Source: Octopus sinensis (lineage: Eukaryota). Taken from it: a DNA stretch of 64,000 nucleotides. The notes under the pieces were generated by a model that saw only the letters and a program-made list of their open reading frames with translations, was not told the origin of the DNA and did no database searches. Below, piece after piece: positions 51,665 through 64,000 of the stretch (positions are counted from its first letter, which is position 1; the number at the start of each line of letters is the position of its first letter). The DNA lies in contig NC_043019.1 in NCBI RefSeq assembly GCF_006345805.1, positions 13,391,360-13,455,359 on the forward strand. The letters run 5' to 3'. Made by a program: the position numbers and the translations under genes.

Positions 51665-52085
51665 ATATTTCTTTACTGCCCACAAGGGGCTAAACACAGA
51701 GGGAACAAACAAGGACAGACAAACGGATTAAGTTGATTACATCGACCCCAGTGCAAAACTGGTACTTTATTTATCGACCCCGAAAGGATGAAAGGCAAAG
51801 ACGACCCCGGCGGAATTTGAACTCAGAACGTAGCGGCAGACGAAATATCTATTTCTTTACTACCCACAAGGGGCTAAACACAGAGGGGACAAACAAGGAC
51901 AGACAAACGGATTAAGTCGATTATATCGACCCCAGTGCGTAACTGGTACTTAGGTAATTGACCCCGAAAGGATGAAAGGCAAAGTCGACCTCAGCGGAAT
52001 TTGAACTCAGAACACAACGACAGACGAAATACCGCTAAGCATTTCGCCCGGCGTGCTAACGCTTCTGCCAGCTCGCTGCCTATAA
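51665..52085 (-). mobile_element. Meta/RUDI-like SINE dimer with 17-bp TSD
   Basis: AGTCTGTTATGTAATAT at 51648-51664 and 52086-52102; unit period 184 bp. Confidence 0.9.
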
Positions 52086-52389
52086 AGTCTGTTATGTAAT
52101 ATGGCTATGTTTGGTGTACAAACACGTATCGCTCACGCTTGCTTTTTCTGTATGTGTATGCTGAAGGGGGTGGACGCAGGGTAAGAAAGCGTGCAAAGGC
52201 GAAAGAGGTCCTTTCCTGTGTGCATTAATAGTCATCCTGTTTGTGCTGAACTCATCCTGTTCCGTGCATGCCACTCACCATCCTGTTTCACCAATGGCAT
52301 CTGTCTTGTGGAGACGAGTATATTCTGCAGGATTTTTCTGTTGACATTTCTTTTTTTGTGTTTTTTTGTTTACTTCGACAATAACAGGG

Positions 52390-52963
52390 AATTAGTGGTG
52401 GTGATGGTGGTGGCAGTAGTAATAGTAATGGTGGTGGTAGTTAGTAGTTGTAATTGTGGTGGTGGTTGTAGTAGTAGTAGTAGTAGTAGTAATGGTGGTG
52501 GTGGTAGTTGTAATGGTGGTGGTGGTGGTGGTAGTAATGGTGATGGTAATGGTAGTTAGTAGTAGTAATGGTGTTGGTAGTAGTAGTAAAACTTTGGCGA
52601 AAATTGTAGTCAGAGCTGCTGCTGTTGCTTTCGTTGTTGTTCTTCACAATGCTGAAGATGGCAATGTTTTCCATGATGATGATGATGATGTGTGGTGGTG
52701 GTGGTGGTGGTGGTGGTGGTGGTGGTGTTGGTGCTGGGTTATGCGGTGGAGGAAGAGGAAGAAGAAAATGGTGATGGTGGTGGCAGCAGCAGAGGTGAGA
52801 GTACCAGGTGAACATCATGGTCATAGTAGAGATGGTTATGGTGGTGTGGAGGAGGAGGATAGTGGTGATGACCAAGTATGGTGGTGATGACAAAGTGTCC
52901 AGAATGTCTGTAATCAGTTACTGGTAAGATAAATAAAATATGCTACAAAATGTCACAGCAGCT

Positions 52964-53008
<45 letters not shown>

Positions 53009-53010
53009 AT
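52390..53010. repeat. (GGT/AGT/GAT)n block
   Basis: Directly visible. Confidence 0.9.
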
Positions 53011-53114
53011 AGTAGTAACAATAGTTTCAAGTCTTCAGAAAGATTCTTGAAATCTGAGGAGACTTGTTATCACCAAACTGCAAGATAACATCCCTGCTAA
53101 TTAAATTGGCACAT

Positions 53115-53124
53115 AGCGGCTTTT

Positions 53125-53156
<32 letters not shown>

Positions 53157-53555
53157 CCTTTCTACTGGAAGCACAAGGTCTCGAATTTAACGGGAGGAGA
53201 TTAAGTCGATTACATCAACCCCCAGTGTGTAACTGGTACTTAATTAATCGACCCCGAAAGGATGAAAGGCAAAGTCAATTCTCAGCGGAATTTGAACTCA
53301 GAACGTAGCGGCGGACTAAATACCTGTTTCTTCACTACCCACAAGGGGCTAAACACAGAGGGGACAAACAAGGACAGACAAAGGGATTAAGTCGATTACA
53401 TCGACCCCAGTGCATAACTGGTACTTATTTAATCGACCCCGAAAGTATGAAAGGCAAAGTCGACCTCGGCAGAATTTGAACTCAGAACGTAACGCCAGAC
53501 GAAATACCGCTAAGTATTTTGCCCGGTGTGCTAACGATTCTGCCAGCTGACCACC
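53115..53555 (-). mobile_element. Meta/RUDI-like SINE dimer ending in (ATT)n
   Basis: Junction at ~53325 (minus strand GAAGAAACA|GGTATTT). Confidence 0.8.
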
Positions 53556-53605
<50 letters not shown>

Positions 53606-55114
53606 CTCATAATATCATTTTAACCTCATAATATCATTTTCTGTTTTTATTGAGTTCCCTCCCCACCTCACCAATATTTACACCTGTAACTAAGGTGTTT
53701 AATTGGTTTCTATCTTTCAATGGTCATCGGGGCTTCTATTCAAGGATGTGCACATGTATACCTAGTACCAGACTGGATTTCGAACGAGGAACATTTGTTC
53801 ATAAGCTAAAACGATAATTAATGTCAGTTGTTTGACTCTTAGACAGGTAGGTTCTGTGTAGACAATATCCAGGAACGTAACACCTGATGATAATTGAAGG
53901 TGAAGCTGTCTGAAGCATGGTGTAAATAAATATAGACATCAAAAACTGTTTCATCTCCAACAGATTAGGTTAATAGACTGAAAGTTCATAATTTCATTAT
54001 GTTAATGACGTTTCACAATAATCTTGTTTATCAAGGTGGTGAGCTGGTAGAATCGTTAAGCTTCTAGATGTAATGCTCAACAGTGTTTCATCCCTCTTCA
54101 CAATTTTGAGTTCAAATTCCGCCGGGGTCGACTCTGTCTTTCATCCTTTCGAGGGCGATAAAATAAGTACCGGTTGAATACTGGGGTTGATGTAATTGAC
54201 TTACCCTTTCTCCCTGAAATTGCTGGCCCTGTGCTAAAATTTCGAGGGCGATAAAATAAGTACCGGCTGAATACTGGGGGTCGATGTAATTGACTTACTC
54301 TTTCCCCTGAAATTGCTGGCCCTGTGCCAAAATTGGAAACCATGTTTAAGCACAGACATGGCTGTGTGGTAAGAAACTTGCTTCTCAACCACATGGTTCT
54401 GGGTTCAGTCTCACTGCATAGCATCTTGGGCAAGTCTCTTCTTATTTATTTATTGCCCACAAGGGGCTAAACATAGAGGGGACCAGCAAGGACAGACAAA
54501 GGGATTAAATCGATTACATCGACCCCAGTGTGTAACTGGTACTTAATTTATTGACCCCGAAAGGATGAAATGCAAAGTTGACCTCGGCGGAATTTGAACT
54601 TAGAACGTAGCGGCAGACGAAATATGGCTACGCATTTCGCCCGGCGTGCTAACGTTTCTGCCAGCTCACTGCTTTCTTTAGCCTTGAGCCAACCAAAGCT
54701 TTGTGAGTGAATTTGGTAGACGGAAACTGAAAGAAGCCCATCATGTATATTTATATATGTGTGTGTGTATTTGTGTGTCTGTGTTTGTGTTTGTCCCCCC
54801 ATCACCGCTTGACAACCGGTGTTGGTGTGTTTACATCCCTGCAGTTTAGTAGTTCAGTAAAAGTAACCAACAGAATGAATACCAAACTTAAAAAAAAAAA
54901 GTCCTGGGATTGAATTATTCAACCAGATCCCTTCAAGGTGATGCCCCAGCATGGCAGCAGTCAAATGACTGAAACACACAAAACGTCAAACTATGTGAGT
55001 TATAAGAAATAAGACATGTTGACTTGTTGAATGTATTGAATTCTGTTTGCCCTGCTTTTATGACCAAATGAATTTAAATTTTTGTATCAATTTCTCTTTT
55101 TCTATTTGTTTCAG

Positions 55115-55184
55115 GTAAGATCCTCACTATCCTTGATTTTGAAAGGTTTCGTGGGTTATTCTTGGTTTTAATTACCTGTAACAG
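55115..55184 (+). other. Candidate 70-nt exon beginning with a 5' splice motif (recursive-splice-like site)
   Basis: About 100-nt AG-free zone, polypyrimidine tract TTTCTCTTTTTCTATTTGTTTCAG|GTAAGA; alternative donor CAG|GTATGA at 55184/55185. Confidence 0.4.
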
Positions 55185-55644
55185 GTATGATATGCAATCC
55201 TGCTTTTCTTTTTTTAAAGTGCAGTGGGAAAGCCCATATACACTTATACACACACACTCACACACTCACACACAAGCAAAACACATAGATATACGTACAC
55301 ACATGCATGCATGCACACTCACACACACACACAGGTGCAAACACATGTGCAGATAAGGATATACATCATAGAAGGACAAAGTGGACGAAGTGGAGCAGAA
55401 GGATGCATGTGGATGGAAAGAGTCGCTGAAGAGGTCGCAGAGGTGTGATGAAAGATTCCAGACAATGGACATATATAAAACAAGAACAATAATAAACAAG
55501 CGAAGAGGGAATTTATAGGGCAAAACAAAGGGGGGAAAAAATGACCATCCTGAAATATAACAGTATCTGTTTCAACCCCACAGTTTCTCATCAGGAATCT
55601 TACAAAACAACTACATAAACGGTTTTTAAAATGTTTTTGCTCTT

Positions 55645-55704
<60 letters not shown>

Positions 55705-56049
55705 GCATAAATACACACATGCACTCTCAGTAGGGTCCTTTCCTTCTCATACTTCACCCTACTTGAATCAAAGCTAATCAATATACAATTCCTGTTTTCA
55801 CTTGGTCTTTGATGTAGTCTTTTTCTTATCCATCTTTGCTCTCTTTCTCTCCCTTCCCTTCTCTCTCTCTCTCCCTCTCTCTCTTTCTCTCTCTCCCTCT
55901 CTATTTATTATCTATCTATCTGTCTTTCTATTGATTATCTTGGCTTATCCCTTTAGAGTATAAACAAACCACATCAGGCATAAATATTCTCCCTGGTTTC
56001 ATGTTCAAGCTAACCAGATCTGGCCTCTCACACCAACCCTGCAATTCCA

Positions 56050-56650
56050 TGCTTAGCGGTATTTCGCCCATCGCTACGTTCTGAGTTCAAACTCTGCCGA
56101 GGACAACTTTTACCTCTCATCCTTTCAGGGTGGGCAAAATAAGTACCAGTCGAACTCTGGGGGGCGTCGATGTAAATGACTCGTCCCCTCCCCTAAAACT
56201 GCTGCCCTTGTGGCAAAATTTGAAACCATTATTATTATTATTATTATTATTATTAAGGTGGCAAGCTGGCAGAATCGTTAGCATACTGGACGAAATGCTT
56301 AGAGGTATTTCGCCCATCGTTAAGTTCCGAGTTCAAATTCTGCCGAGGACAACTTTACCTCTCATCCTTTCAGGGTGGACAAAATAAGTACCAGTGGAAC
56401 TCTGGGGGGGTCGATGTAAATGACTCGTCCCCTTCCCTAAAACTGCTGCCCTTATGGCAAAATTTGAAACCATGAGCGGTATTTCATCTGTCTTTAATTT
56501 CTGAGTTCAAATTCCGCCGAGGTCGACTTTGCCTTTCATCCTTTTGGGGTCGATAAATTAAGTACCAGTTGCGTACTGGGATCGATCTAATCGACTGGCC
56601 CCGCTCCCCCAAACTTTCGGGCTTTGTGCCTAGAGTAGAAAAGATTATCA
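56050..56650 (+). mobile_element. Three Meta/RUDI-like SINE units; the first two are a local duplication
   Basis: Units 1 and 2 share private variants GAGGACAACTTT(T)ACCTCTCATCCTTTCAGGGTGG; unit 3 joins at GCGGTATTTC. Confidence 0.8.
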
Positions 56651-58011
56651 TTATTATTATTATAATTATCATTATTATTATTATTATTATTGTTATGAAG
56701 GCATTAATTTCCAGAAGTACTTTAAGATAATGGGATAAGAGTATTTGACAGCGATAAGAACTCACCACAAATAACAGGAAGAGAACTATCAAGAGAAGAG
56801 CTTACAAGATGAAACAATGAAGATTTGAGATTATAATCTTGTAATGGTGGAGCGGGGCCAGTGGCGGTGGCGGTGGTGGCAGCGTTGTTGGGGGGTTCCA
56901 GTCTTTCAGTTGTTTAGATGTTTCCTACTACGGCAAATTAGTCACACCGATGTTGGCGTTGGCGTTGGCATTGGCTTGTCAGCATATTCTGAGAGGAAGG
57001 GCAATTCTGGTTTTGCGGATTCGAGCAAAATAATTTTTTTGTGCTACCTTGCCAGAATTATGGAAATGTTGTGAGTCACTAAGCAAGGCCTCAGTTTTTT
57101 TTTCTTTACTTTGTTTTTTTTCTTTTTTAGTGAGGTTGGGGACAAGTGAAGGGGGTTGCTTAAAACTGCTAGAAATAGCAGCCAAACTTTCTCCCTCAAA
57201 GTACATTGTTGTATTTTTATAAAGGGAAATAAAATAACCAACCAAAGCCTTGTGAGTGGATTTGGTGGACGGAAACTGAAACAAGTCCATCTACACTGTG
57301 TGTGTGTATGTGTGTGCACATGTGTTTGTCCCCCACTATCACATAACGACCAGTGTTGGTTTGTCTACGTCTCTGCAACTTAGCAGTTCAGCAAAAGAGA
57401 CTGATGAAATAATTACGGGGCTTTAAAATGCAAGTAAAGGGTTTGAGTTGATTAAACTCGTCAAGGTTGTGCTCCAGCATGGCCACAGTCCAATGAATGA
57501 AACCAGTAAAAGATAAAGGTAAGGCCATGCTGGATGCTCTGTGTGTGCATATTTTATCTCTTACTTGTTTCAGTCATTGGTTTGTGGCCATGCTGGGGCA
57601 CCACCTTGAGGAGTTTAGTGGAAGAAATCAACCCCAAAACTTCCAATTTTTTTTATAAAAAAGTCCAAGGAAGACGTGGCACTTCAAAGGGTTCCCAGCT
57701 GTAAAATCCATGCCAAAACTGACCTCACCTGTGCTGGTCCTATGTAAAAAGCATTCTGTCCACTCTGCAGGGTGGCTGGTGTTATGAAGAACATCCAGCT
57801 GTAAAAACCATGCGAAAACTGACATTGAGGCCTGGTGTGGTCTTCTGCCTGGCCAGCTCCTGTCAAACCATCCAACCCATGCCAGCATGGAAAGCGGATG
57901 TTAAATGATGACGATGACGATATCCAGTAAACCGTATCTGCCATTTAGCCACCATGTCCTACAAGCATCCAATTCCAGCTCTCCTCATCACCTCTTCCCT
58001 TTCTCGTTCAG

Positions 58012-58082
58012 TCCCAGTCGCAGATCCCCAAGATTGCCTGTTAATAGCATGGATGGAACATGTCCTGGCTATTGTTTCGTAC
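58012..58082 (+). other. Candidate 71-nt exon of an unidentified plus-strand gene
   Basis: Acceptor CCTCTTCCCTTTCTCGTTCAG|, donor TAC|GTAAGC; open frame PSRRSPRLPVNSMDGTCPGYCFV with AGCATGG in good Kozak context. Confidence 0.35.
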
Positions 58083-58439
58083 GTAAGCAATCTCTATTCT
58101 CTCTCTGTCTCTCTCTCTCTCTCTCTCCTCTCTACAGCTTAATCTCGCAGCGAAACCAATGTTTTCTAATAATTCTAAGAATTGTTGTCAGTTTTTCTGT
58201 TGGCTTCTGCCGCTACCTGTTCTTGTTATTGGTCAAAATAAGATGAAAAGGATTTGAGTTTTCGAGGAAATAAATTTTTTTTCTTTAAAAAAAAGAAATC
58301 AGAATAAAAATACAAGAATCACAGAAGAGTAGAATTATCAATTTAAATTTGCTGCTGTCGGAAAAAATATTTTTTTCATCCCAAGGCCACAGTTATAATT
58401 CATCTTCAGGTTTTGTTTTTTGTTTGTATCTTTGTTTTT

Positions 58440-58457
58440 TCTTGCTTCTTCTTCTTC

Positions 58458-58523
<66 letters not shown>

Positions 58524-59295
58524 TGCTTCTTCTTCTTTTTCTTCTTCTTCTTCAGTTCTTCTTCTTCTTCAGTTCTTCTTCTTCATTCTTCTTTTTCTTC
58601 TTCAATTCCTCCTCTTCTTCTTCTTCTTCTTCAATTCCTCCTCTTCTTCTTCTTCTTCAATTCTTCTTCTTCTTCAATTCTTCTTTTTCTTCTTCTTCAT
58701 TTCCTCTTCTTCTTCTTCTTCTTCTTCAATTCTTCTTTTTCTTCTTCAATTCCTCCTCTTCTTCTTCTTCAATTCCTCTTCTTCTTCTTCTTCTTCTACT
58801 TCTTCTTCTTCAATTCTTCTTTTTCTTCTTCTTCATTTCCTCTTCTTCTTCTTCAATTCTTCTTTTTCTTCTTCTTCAATTCTTCTTTTTCTTCTTCTTC
58901 TTCTTCAATTCTTCTTTTTCTTCTTCAATTCTTCTTTTTCTTCTTCTTCTTCTTCAATTCTTCTTTTTCTTCTTCTTCAATTCCTCTTCTTCTTCTTCTT
59001 CAATTCTTCTCTGCTTCTTCTTCAATTCTTCTTCTTCTTCAATTCTTCTTCTGCTTCTTCTCCTTCTTCAATTCTTCTTCTTCTTCTCCTTCTTCAATTC
59101 TTCTTCTGCTTCTTCTTCAATTCTTCTTCTTCTTCTCCTTCTTCAATTCTTCTTCTGCTTCTTCTTCAATTCTTCTTCATTCAATTCTTTTTTTTTAATT
59201 CTTCTTCAGTTCTTTTTCATTTCTTAAATTCTTTTTCTCCTTCAATTCTCCTTCATACCTTAAATCATTCTTCTTCAATTCTTCTTCTTCTTTTC
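58440..59295. repeat. (ATT)n followed by ~780 bp of (CTT)n punctuated by CAATT
   Basis: Directly visible; source of the poly-L/F/S ORFs. Confidence 0.95.
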
Positions 59296-59945
59296 TCCTC
59301 CTCCAAGATTGATTAACTACACTCTAAAGCCAATGAGAACATAACGGGAGGGGAAGAAAAAAAATTACAATCAAAAACAAAAATGTCCAGAAACCAGAAG
59401 AAATTTCTGTCAAATAATATTTCTCTTGTGATGTTCTCTTCATCTCTTGAACTCTGTCTCTCCTTCTCCCTCCCTCTCTCTCTCTCCCCCTCTCCCCCCT
59501 CTCATTATCCTAGTCCAACTTTGCACAGTTCATTACAGAAATGATACATTCCAAATTAGTGATTTTAATTTTTTTTTTATTAAAGAAATTTGCCAAATTC
59601 TCTTCATCTTCACCTTCTTCTCTCTTTGTTTATTTTTGCCTGTTGTTCTTTTTTATTTTTATTTTTTTTTTTGGTTTGTGTTCACCATATTCTTTTACCC
59701 TTTTTTTTATTATTATTATTTGTAACCCACATTTTGGTAAGCTTTTCTGTTTTTGGAAAAGGCCATTAAAAATAGGTGTCTTCAGATCAGAACCTTCCGT
59801 ACGAATGTGTTGCAGAGTAATTAGTCTTAATGTGTATTTTGGGTCACAGATTTTATTCTATATACATACATCACGCTGCTTCCAGTTTCCGTCACCTTTC
59901 TCTCCTTCTCTCTCTCCCTCTCTCTCCTTCTCTCTCTCCCTCTCT

Positions 59946-59983
<38 letters not shown>

Positions 59984-60773
59984 TCACTCTTTTCTGCTGT
60001 CATTTATGTTGTCCGGTCTATCAGGTCTTGCAAAACCAGTATATATTCTTTTATTCCTTTCAGTCGTATGGCTGTGGCCTTGCTGGAGCACCGCCTTCTA
60101 GCCAGAGGAATCGACCCACCCCTCCGCCCCAGGACTTATTCATTGTAAGCCTGGTACTTATTCTGTTGGTCTCTTTTGCTGAACTGCTAGGTTACAGGGA
60201 TGCAAAAATGGCGGTGCATCAGCATGGCTACAGCTCTGAGCTGATACTAATGAAAAAAAAAGTACCAACATCAGTTGTCAAGTTATGGGGCAGCGGTGGG
60301 GGTAACCAAGACACAACGACACACATAAATACATATATATATATTTATACGACAGGCTTCTTTCAGTTTCCGTCTACCAAAGCCACTCACAAGGCTTTGG
60401 TTGGCCCGAGGCTATAGCAGAAGACACTTGCCCAAAGTGCCATGCAGTGGGACTGAACCCAGGACCATGTGGTTGGCAAGCTTCTTACCACACAGCTTCA
60501 CCTGCACCTATATATATATATCTATATCATCATCACCATTTAACATCCGCTTTCCATGCTGGCATGGGTTGGACAGTTTGACTGGAACTGATAAGCCAGA
60601 GAGCTGCACCAGGTTCCAATCTGATTTGGCATGGATTTCTATGGCTGGATGCCCTTCCTAATGCCAACCACTCCAAGAGTGTAATGGGTGATTTTCCCAT
60701 GCCACTAGCATGGGTGGCATTTGCATGACACTGGCAATGGCCATAACTGCAATTTCACTTGGCTTGATGAGTC

Positions 60774-60816
<43 letters not shown>

Positions 60817-61120
60817 GTGGAGGCGCAATGGCCTGGTGGTTAGGGCAGTGGACTCGCGGTCGGAGGATCACGGTTTCGATTTCCAGACTGGGCGTTGTGT
60901 GTGTTTATTGAGTGAAAACACCTAAAAGCACCATGAGGCTCCGGCAGGGGGTGGTGGTGAACCCTGTTGTACTCCTTCGCCCCAACTTTCTCTCACTCTT
61001 TCTTCCTGTTCCTTGAGTAACACTGCGATGGACTGGCATCCCATCCAGCTGGGGGGAACACATACGCCACAGAAACCAGGAAACCGGGCCCATGAACCTG
61101 GCTAGGCTTGAAATGGGTGA
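60817..61120 (+). mobile_element. SINE family 3, tail type 3
   Basis: Family-3 head and body, then GAGTAACACTGCGATGGACTGGCATCCCATCC...GAAACCGGGCCCATGAACCTGGCTAGGC as in 51067-51320. Confidence 0.8.
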
Positions 61121-62174
61121 CGTTTATCGTTTTTATGCATATGTATGTATGTGTGTGTGCATGTATGTCTGTATGTATGTATATGCATATGTATATATGT
61201 GTCTATGTATGCATGTATGTGTATGCATATGTATATGTATGCGTATGTATGTGTACGCATATGTATATCTATGTATGTGTGGATGTATATAAGAGTATGT
61301 ATGTATATGTGTTTATGTATGCATGTATGTATATGTATATCTTATGTATGCGTGTATGTATGTAAGTGTGACGAATGAATGATTTTAATAATTAATTACT
61401 ATTTCTGCCCCTCCTTCCCTTTGACACCATTGAATAACTTTAAATGGACTTCAGAGCATCGTTTGCCATACCAAGTGCCAATTACCAGGAGGCTCTTTTA
61501 TTTCTAAGTGAAAGACTGTCTCCAAACTAATGGCTCCAGGGCGATTTAGTGATTAACCTCTGAAACAAGGCACGTGCTCGCACACACACACACACACACA
61601 CACACATATGGGTGTGTATGTAGATGGAAACATACATGTCAAAACCCTGAGAATGGATTTGATTGACAGAAAATGAAAGAACCGTATCTTCTGTGTGTGT
61701 GTGTGTACGTATGTCTATGCATATGTATATATGTGTATGTATATATATATATGTATGTATTCTTTATTTAAAGCAGCAGAAAATTCAACAAAACCTGTTA
61801 CTCTGAGTTTCCCGTTGCCGTTCATCGGAAAATTTTTGCTAGAATTATACATATATATATATGTATGTATGTATGTATATGTGTGTGTGTATGCATTCAT
61901 GTGTGTATGTGTATATATTTGTAGATATGTTTGTGTATATATGTGTATGTTTATATATGTGTGCGTATATGCGTATATATATATGTGTATGTGCATATAT
62001 GTATGTATATTTACACACATACATATATGTATATGTAAATACACATACACACTATTTTGTATGCAGAGATCTTTATCTCCCATTTCTAAAACCAAATACA
62101 CTCTCTCTTTCACACACACACACATATTGATGGATGATATCAGCTAATGTTACATACTAGGTACAATAATGATT

Positions 62175-62563
62175 GTGGAGGCGCAATGGCCCAGTGGTTA
62201 GGGCAGCGGACTCGCGGTCATATGATCGCGGTTTCGATTCCCAGACCGGGCGTTGTGAGTGTTTATTGAGCGAAAACACCTAAAAAACTCCACGAGGCTC
62301 CGGCAGGGGATGGTGGTGATCCCTGCTGTACTCTTTCACCACAACTTTCTCTCACTCTTACTTCCTGTTTCTGTTGTACCTGTATTTCAAAGGACCGGCC
62401 TTGTCACTCTCTGTGTCACGCTGAATATCCCCGAGAACTATGTTAAGGGTACACGTGTCTGTGGAGTGCTCAGCCACTTACACGTTAATTTCACGAGTAG
62501 GCTGTTCCGTTGATTCGGATCAGCCGGAACCCTCATCGTCGTAACCGACAGAGTGCTTCCACC
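62175..62563 (+). mobile_element. SINE family 3, full length, tail type 1, 12-bp TSD
   Basis: ACAATAATGATT at 62163-62174 and 62564-62575. Confidence 0.9.
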
Positions 62564-63207
62564 ACAATAATGATTATTTTAGTTAATGCTCTTTTTTGTT
62601 TTTTGTCTTCAAATTCCATGTTGAATAAATTCTAATGAAATGAATACAAAATTTTCAGAATAAAAATATTCATTAAATCATATTTAAATGAACGCATATT
62701 TCTTTTAGCATGTTTGCCATAGCTATATGTTATCAATAACAATGCTAATGTTTAACTATTAACATCTGTAATATCATCTGCCCCTTGTTATATGACAAGT
62801 ATCGTTCTAATTAATTACATTACAATACTGAATTTCAACAAGATTGATGGAGGAAATTAGGTGACATTTGGAGGTCTTTGAAAATAAAAATATGGTTATT
62901 GCCCTGTGAATTCCTGTTAGGGAAAGCTCGTTTTGTAACCAATTGCTGATGATTAATATAAAATACTTGAATGAATGAATGAATGAATGCAGGTGTCATT
63001 GTTAATGTGTGTTTCTTGGAATCAAATGTCACTGAACTAAATTCAGGCAATTCTAAGCCATCTAGAGAACTTCAGCATGCTAGAAATAACACCCTACTGT
63101 CTGTCATTACAACAAAATATTGGACATATTAGAGTATGAAGTTAGTCCTGGATATACCAAAATTCTAGACAGTGATTGGGTGTGTATGTGTTTAGGTGTA
63201 TATATAT

Positions 63208-63490
63208 GTGGAGGCACATGGCCTAGTGGTTAGAGCAGCAGACTCGGAGTCGAGATATCGTGGGTTCGAATCTCAGACCGGGCGAAGTGTGTGTTTATGA
63301 GCGAAACACTTAAGCTCCACGAGTCTCCGACAGAAGGTAATGGCGAACTTCTGCTGACTCGTTCGCCACAACTTTCTTTCACTCTTTCCTCCTGCATCTA
63401 GCAGCTCACCTGTGACGGACCGATGCCCTGTCCAGTGGGGAACCTATACACCAAGGAAACCAGCCCTTATGAGCCAGGCATGGCTCGAGA
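63208..63490 (+). mobile_element. SINE family 3, diverged variant
   Basis: GTGGAGGCACATGGCCTAGTGG head, GGTTCGAATCTC B-box, tail related to type 3. Confidence 0.7.
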
Positions 63491-63559
63491 AGGAACAAGC
63501 AAACAAACAACATATATATATATACACACACACACATACACACCATTTCATTTTATATC

Positions 63560-63960
63560 ATCATCATCATCGTTTGTCATCATCTTTCCATGCTGGCATG
63601 GATTGGATGGTTTGACTGAGGGCTGGCAAACCAGAAGGCTGCACCAGTCTCCAATCTGATCTAGCAAAGTTTCTATAGCTGGATGCCCTTCCTAATGCCA
63701 ACCACTCTGAGAGTGTAGTGGGTGCTTTTATGTGCCACTGGCACGAGGGCCAGTAAGGCAGTACTGGTATCAGCTACGTTCAAATGGTGCTTTTTACATG
63801 TCACCTGCACAGGAACCAGTCCGGCTGCACTGGCAATGACCACACTCGAATGGTGCTTTTCTTTATGTACCACCGGCACAGAAGCCAGTCAGTGGCCCTG
63901 GCATAGGTGCTAATCAAGCGGCACTGTCATTGGCCACAACAGTGATTTCACTTACCTCAA
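63560..63960 (-). mobile_element. RTE-related retroposon with diverged 5' units
   Basis: (CAT)n tail, GGATGCCCTTCCTAATGCCAACCACTC core, GTGCCACTGGCAC units. Confidence 0.7.
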
Positions 63961-64000
63961 CAGGTCTTTGCAAGCATAGTTTATCATCCATTGATTGACG

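Noticed and set aside
58349-59316. 260-300 aa L/F/S-rich ORFs
   Set aside because: They arise from (ATT)n/(CTT)n, which lack stop codons on this strand.
62175-62250. tRNA gene (also other SINE heads)
   Set aside because: A and B boxes are present but the anticodon and acceptor stems do not pair, and the sequence continues into a SINE body with a TSD.

Overview
AT-rich, repeat-saturated metazoan DNA, most likely intronic or intergenic Octopus (coleoid cephalopod) sequence. The organism is inferred from the tRNA-derived SINE families and microsatellite load, not proven. No intact protein-coding gene is visible, and nearly all ORF-track entries are translations of microsatellites or SINEs. The window contains at least three tRNA-derived SINE families (CORE-type, Meta/RUDI-like, and a third with exchangeable 3' modules), an abundant RTE-related non-autonomous retroposon ending in (GAT)n, truncated RTE and CR1 LINE 3' ends, non-autonomous Helitrons, piggyBac-type MITEs, many mini/microsatellites, a 1.36-kb tandem duplication and a 100-N gap. 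The most notable observations are: (1) a 214-bp antisense 28S rRNA fragment inserted cleanly into a SINE tail; (2) a strong YnCAG|GTAAGA recursive-splice-like site with two frame-compatible plus-strand candidate exons; (3) a perfect 98-bp inverted repeat made from a diverged SINE; (4) a SINE flanked by a ~115-bp target duplication; (5) SINE concatemers with a constant junction, one bounded by a single 17-bp TSD; and (6) a pri-miRNA-shaped hairpin. Family names come from recalled consensus motifs; no searches were run.
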